Assembly (NCBI GenBank): GCA_040260805.1
Contig: JBDQPD010000023.1
Span: 1-39,120, forward strand
Source: Myxococcota bacterium
GTDB taxonomy: Bacteria > Myxococcota > UBA4151
DNA: 39,120 nucleotides
Reading direction: 5' to 3'
A program made the position numbers and the translations under genes. The notes beneath the pieces are model-generated. The model worked only from the letters and a program-made list of their open reading frames with translations. It had not been told where the DNA came from and did not search any database. Numbering within the stretch: position 1 is the stretch's first letter; every line of letters starts with the position of its first letter. Shown one piece after another: positions 35,168 through 39,120 of the stretch.

Positions 35168-35524
35168 ATGATGACCCAACCACCTGTACTCTACCACAAC
35201 CCACGCTGCTCGAAGAGTCGGCAGACGCTCAAACTCCTCAACGAGGCGGGTCATGAACCACGGGTTGTCGAATACCTCAAACAAGGCTTAGCGGAACTAG
35301 AAATTCGCGATCTGGCTCGAGCGCGTCATTGCAGCCTTCACGACCTGCTGCGGATCAAAGAGAAAGCCTACGCCGAGCACCAGCTCTCGAGCGAGTCTTC
35401 TGACGCCCAAATCATCGAGGCTTTACTCGACGCACCCGAGCTGCTTGAGCGCCCCATCGTGATCACCGACAAGGGCGCTCGTCTAGGCCGTCCGCCCGAG
35501 GACGTGCTTGAGATCCTGTCATGA
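35168..35524 (+). CDS. ArsC/Spx family glutaredoxin-type arsenate reductase-like protein
   Basis: Motifs YHNPRCSKSR, VVEYLK, LLERPIV and RLGRPPE. No ars operon genes are nearby. Confidence 0.9.
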   Translation: MMTQPPVLYHNPRCSKSRQTLKLLNEAGHEPRVVEYLKQGLAELEIRDLARARHCSLHDLLRIKEKAYAEHQLSSESSDAQIIEALLDAPELLERPIVITDKGARLGRPPEDVLEILS

Positions 35525-35979
35525 TTCACGTCGTCCTAGTCGAGCCTGAAATACCTGGAAACACAGGGAATATAGGGCGCAGCTGCCTCGCTGCTGGCGC
35601 CCATTTGCACCTGGTCAAACCGCTCGGGTTCTCGCTCGATGATGCGCGCGTCAAACGCGCTGGCCTTGATTATTGGAAGCACGTCTCGTTGACCGTTCAC
35701 GAGCACCTAGAGGATGCGCAAAAGAACATCCCTGGCTTTGATCAAGCGCTCTGGTTCTCAACCCACGCCACGCAGGACTTTCATGACGTGGTGATCCCCG
35801 ACCCGGCGGTGCTAATCTTTGGTCGCGAGACCAAAGGCTTGGGCGAGCAGCTGCGCACCCAGCACGCCCAGCGCTTGGTCAAACTCACGATCCACAGCGA
35901 ACATATCCGCTCGCTCAACTTAGCCAACAGCGCAGCGATTGCGGTGTACGAGACCCTGAGGCAGCGGCGGCGCTCCTGA
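35521..35979 (+). CDS. trmL: tRNA (cytidine/uridine(34)-2'-O)-methyltransferase, SPOUT family
   Basis: Motifs VLVEPEIPGNTGNIGR, LHLVKPLGF, KRAGLDYW, FGRETKGL and RSLNLANS. Confidence 0.95.
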   Translation: MIHVVLVEPEIPGNTGNIGRSCLAAGAHLHLVKPLGFSLDDARVKRAGLDYWKHVSLTVHEHLEDAQKNIPGFDQALWFSTHATQDFHDVVIPDPAVLIFGRETKGLGEQLRTQHAQRLVKLTIHSEHIRSLNLANSAAIAVYETLRQRRRS

Positions 35980-36024
35980 GCCACAAGCCTTGTCGGCCGC
36001 CCTAAAGCAGTCCAAAACGCCGGC

Positions 36025-36501
36025 ATGAACTGTTTACTTTTTGCCCTCTTGCTGGCGGCTCCAACCGAAGCTGAGCTCAGCGTCGCTGTCTCGGCGTCGA
36101 ACCTGTCGATCGCCAGCACCGCCAAAATACGCCGAGGGATCAACTCAGGCTTTGAGGCAAAACTTGAGTGGAACCCTTGGATCAGCGTCGCCGGGTTTGA
36201 TGCGTTTCAGCCGGGTGCCCTGAATCTAGGCGCTGGCTGGTACCGCCGCTATTTCATGAACCGCGCCCGCTTTGCGGTCAGCGCGGGGCCCTCGATGCTC
36301 TTGTTCGATACACCCATCGATTCAAAAGGAACGGTTGGCGCCTTCTTGAGCTTTGAGCCGGTCTTGTTGAGCTGGCCTTTACGCCGCGGCACGCTGACCG
36401 TCGATCCAGGCAGCATCCACCTGGTCATGCCTGTCCTGAGTGGGATCCCGCTGATTCATAGGCAATACCGCCACGGCATTGGTTACGCCTACTCATGGTA
36501 A
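36025..36501 (+). CDS. Exported hypothetical protein, possible small outer-membrane beta-barrel
   Basis: Short signal-like N-terminus, amphipathic strands, and C-terminal GIGYAYSW ending in an aromatic residue. Confidence 0.5.
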   Translation: MNCLLFALLLAAPTEAELSVAVSASNLSIASTAKIRRGINSGFEAKLEWNPWISVAGFDAFQPGALNLGAGWYRRYFMNRARFAVSAGPSMLLFDTPIDSKGTVGAFLSFEPVLLSWPLRRGTLTVDPGSIHLVMPVLSGIPLIHRQYRHGIGYAYSW

Positions 36502-37505
36502 AGTGGCTGCTCGTCATCGCTTTGCTGCTTCCAGCCCCCGCCTTTGGGTTCTCCATCGGCAGCGCTATCTCTGACTTTTGCCACGAACGCATCACCCTCC
36601 AGGCATACCAAAACGCTCTTTTGAGCGATCTGGAACGCATCGATTTTGAGCTCCCCGATGGGAAAGCCTTTACCAAGATCGCCGATTATCTCTCCGAGCA
36701 AGTCAACGCGACCTACACCAACGATGCGCAGCGCCTCGTGCTGATGAGTCTGTTTGTGGGTGTGCGCTACCCCGACCAAGAGGGCTTCGCCGTTTCTGAC
36801 CTGACCGCCCTTCGTGCGCTGCACATGAGCGAGATCGGTCAAGAGGATCACTGCCTGCGCGGGGTGGACATGGACGGGGCTGAGGGCAACCAGGCGGCGC
36901 TGACCGCTGCCCAAGACCTGATCCTTGAACTCGCCGACGAATCGCGAGCCGTGTTTTCGGCGAGCTCGGGCAGGCAGCGACTCACCAAGGTGCCCTTTTG
37001 GCTAGAACATTATGGCACAATACAAGTTGAAGTCTGGGAGCCCGCATTTTTGATGGGTCGTGCGCTGCATACGATCCAAGACAGCTTCCCACACACCTAC
37101 CGCAGCGACGACGGCGCCCGAGTGTTTGCGGTGGCAAATTTTGTCGATGGCCTAAGCGCTGATCATGAAGCGCATCGAGACGGACCAAGGCACAGCGATG
37201 TGCTCGACCAGTGCAACGACCTGCGCGTGACGCCGCTCGCCGACGCCGCTCAAGCCGCCAGCGTCGAGCTGATGACGGCGCTCAAGAGCTATTGGGCTCG
37301 CGGGGATCGCGGCGAGGTTGAGGCCGTGGTTGAGCGATGGATGAGCCTTGAGCCGGACTGCGGCTTTGACAACGGTTATTGCGACAGCCAGTGGGCTACC
37401 CTGGGCGCCACACAGCAGACCACCCCGCCCTTATCGTGCGGCGCCACCCCGCAAAGCTCACTGCTTTGGCTGCTCGCCTTGATCGGCTCTCGGCGGCGTC
37501 GATGA
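36495..37505 (+). CDS. Secreted putative Zn-dependent phospholipase C/P1-nuclease/Het-C-like protein with MYXO-CTERM-like anchor
   Basis: Signal peptide ending PAFG; HERIT; GRALHTIQDSFPH; C-terminal SCGATPQSSLLWLLALIGSRRRR. Confidence 0.55.
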   Translation: MVKWLLVIALLLPAPAFGFSIGSAISDFCHERITLQAYQNALLSDLERIDFELPDGKAFTKIADYLSEQVNATYTNDAQRLVLMSLFVGVRYPDQEGFAVSDLTALRALHMSEIGQEDHCLRGVDMDGAEGNQAALTAAQDLILELADESRAVFSASSGRQRLTKVPFWLEHYGTIQVEVWEPAFLMGRALHTIQDSFPHTYRSDDGARVFAVANFVDGLSADHEAHRDGPRHSDVLDQCNDLRVTPLADAAQAASVELMTALKSYWARGDRGEVEAVVERWMSLEPDCGFDNGYCDSQWATLGATQQTTPPLSCGATPQSSLLWLLALIGSRRRR

Positions 37506-38188
37506 ACATCGTCATCCTGACGGGCGCTGGGATCTCGGCCGAGAGCGGCTTGGGGACCTTTCGTGATGAAGGGGGGCTGTGGGCGCAGCACGATATTCAA
37601 GACGTGGCGACGCCCGAAGCTTTTCAGCGCAACCCGGATTTGGTTCATGGATTTTACAACGCCCGGCGTGCACACGCCGCTAAAGCCCAACCTAATGCCG
37701 CGCATCGAGCCCTAGCAAAGCTCGAAAAAGAGTGGAGCCATGACGTCGACATCGTGACCCAAAACGTCGATGATCTGCACGAACGCGGCGGCTCTAAGTC
37801 AGTGCTTCATATGCACGGTGAGCTCACCGGCGCGCTGTGCGCGCATTGCGGCGCACGCTGGACTGCGCCAGCGGTCATGAACACCGAGGATCTATGCGCT
37901 CAATGCGGTCAGCCGCGCACCCGCCCTGATATCGTCTGGTTTGGTGAGATGCCTTACCAGATGGAACGTATCGCCCACTTGTTGGCGCATTGCGGCCTCT
38001 TCGTCTCGATTGGCACCTCAGGCAACGTCTACCCTGCGGCCGGCTTTGTTCAGCAAGCGCGGATGCTGGGCGCACAAACCCTTGAGCTCAACCTGGAGTC
38101 TTCGGCTGGCGGCAGCTTGTTTGAGCGGCGACGGCTAGGTCCCGCCACTGAGCTCATCCCCGCCTGGGTCGATGAGCTGCTCAGCTAG
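37502..38188 (+). CDS. cobB: NAD-dependent protein deacylase (class III sirtuin)
   Basis: ATG 37502 overlaps the upstream stop (ATGA). Motifs GAGISAESG, TFRD, FYNARR, TQNVDDLHERGG, HMHG, two CxxC pairs, RPDIVWFGE and GTSGNVYPAA. Confidence 0.95.
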   Translation: MNIVILTGAGISAESGLGTFRDEGGLWAQHDIQDVATPEAFQRNPDLVHGFYNARRAHAAKAQPNAAHRALAKLEKEWSHDVDIVTQNVDDLHERGGSKSVLHMHGELTGALCAHCGARWTAPAVMNTEDLCAQCGQPRTRPDIVWFGEMPYQMERIAHLLAHCGLFVSIGTSGNVYPAAGFVQQARMLGAQTLELNLESSAGGSLFERRRLGPATELIPAWVDELLS

Positions 38189-39120
38189 AACTCACGGCAA
38201 TCACCGACGGGTTCAAGCGAACCAAAGCTAAAGGGCCTGGCTTGCTTGACCACTAACCCGCGCGCCTCGCCCACGAGTTTGAACTCGATGTCCATGGCGA
38301 AATAGCGATCCTCTCGATCCGGATCGAGCAAGGGTCTAAAGGCGCTATGAATCCCGGCGAGCGTACAGATCGCTTGGCGAATTTCCACGGTTTGCAGGAC
38401 CGGCGCGCCACGCGTCAGGCTTGAGCGGCTCTGGTAGACCACCTCGGGCGATCGACCAAAGCGAAACAAGAAGCTCTCAGAGGTGACGCCAGGCGCTGGG
38501 TTGGTCACTGAAGCCTCCCCGGCTTGGACGTTCATGTAGTGAATGTCACCGCGATTGGGGTCTAACACGTTGCGCGAGATACCGACCCCGTTCGCCTCTT
38601 CGGAGCGAAAGGCGGCGTGGACCAAGACCCCCATCCCAAGCTGCGTTTGATCGACGCCAAACCAGACCCGCTCATCATAAGCACGCGCTGACCAAAGGCT
38701 CGCCCAAACGGCGCGCAACCCGTCATCAATTCGTCGCTCATCATCGCCAATTTCGACGCTCACAGACCGGTAGAGACCCGCCCCGCTAAACCCTTGTAAG
38801 TCCTCTGTATTTGAGCTGCTTCGCAGGCGCACCCGGCGCGTGCCCCAGCGGCTCTGAATCGCGCCGGAAATCTCCTGCAACAGCGCGGCGTCGACGGGGT
38901 GCTCGGTGATCAATCGCTGCACGGCGCCAAGCGCCTGAGCGCGGTACTCAGGGTCGACTCGAAACTGCGGCTCGGCCTCGAGCTCAGCGAGTCGAGCGGT
39001 GGCGCCGCTGGCGTCCAAATGCTCGCGGCTGTGCACCACCGGAACCGCGAAGGCTTGGTCCGGCGTCGTGACCGGCCCCGGACAGGTCGTGCGGCTCAAA
39101 TTGAGCTGGGAGAGCTGCGC
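38185..39120 (-). CDS. PEP/pyruvate-binding (PPDK_N, ATP-grasp) domain protein; 5'-truncated
   Basis: The frame is open to the window end (AQLSQLNLSR...). Motifs AFAVP, RLRSSSNTEDLQGFSGAGLYRS, VWASLWSARA, MGVLV, GEASVT and MDIEFK...KQARP. Confidence 0.85.
   Translation of the reverse strand, partial: AQLSQLNLSRTTCPGPVTTPDQAFAVPVVHSREHLDASGATARLAELEAEPQFRVDPEYRAQALGAVQRLITEHPVDAALLQEISGAIQSRWGTRRVRLRSSSNTEDLQGFSGAGLYRSVSVEIGDDERRIDDGLRAVWASLWSARAYDERVWFGVDQTQLGMGVLVHAAFRSEEANGVGISRNVLDPNRGDIHYMNVQAGEASVTNPAPGVTSESFLFRFGRSPEVVYQSRSSLTRGAPVLQTVEIRQAICTLAGIHSAFRPLLDPDREDRYFAMDIEFKLVGEARGLVVKQARPFSFGSLEPVGDCREF

Noticed and set aside
35168..35524. Arsenic-resistance operon
   Set aside because: There is no arsR, arsB or acr3. 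The gene is coupled to trmL, typical of housekeeping ArsC/Spx-like proteins.
37379..37501. N-terminal extension of cobB in the ORF track
   Set aside because: It overlaps the upstream gene. The sirtuin fold begins at MNIVILTGAG (ATG 37502).
37502..38188. Sirtuin as a SIR2 anti-phage effector (Thoeris/DSR-type)
   Set aside because: It is a canonical stand-alone CobB with Zn-finger CxxC pairs, in a housekeeping context with no defence partners.

Overview
This is a compact, GC-rich bacterial chromosomal segment with about 31 tightly packed CDSs. It is most consistent with a Myxococcota-like deltaproteobacterium; this is an inference from the Cys-rich CGDG/CDDGN repeat protein, a MYXO-CTERM-like tail, a STAND-TPR signalling protein and an NTT-HEAT transporter. 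Housekeeping blocks are serC, NUDIX-rnc-era-der-yihY, yajC-secD-secF, arsC-like/trmL and cobB. Between them lie envelope and secreted proteins: a thioester alpha-2-macroglobulin lipoprotein without an adjacent pbpC, two large Cys-rich lipoproteins, an FGE-sulfatase-fold lipoprotein and putative beta-barrels. The window also holds a two-component system, an orphan DNA adenine methyltransferase and a truncated PEP/pyruvate-binding-domain protein. I found no rRNA, tRNA, CRISPR array, transposase, integrase or phage gene. No clear-cut novel defence or mobile system is evident. The best leads are four. (1) An NTT-HEAT transporter with a separately encoded cNMP-binding protein, behind a promoter with a palindromic spacer. 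(2) An 83-aa protein with a sigma70 region-4.1-like motif. (3) A putative barrel, surface-anchored Zn-phospholipase-C/nuclease-like enzyme and sirtuin unit. (4) A Cys-rich repeat lipoprotein probably starting at a CTG codon inside a perfect 14-bp palindrome at the end of a two-component operon. All calls come from motif recognition by eye, with no database searches.
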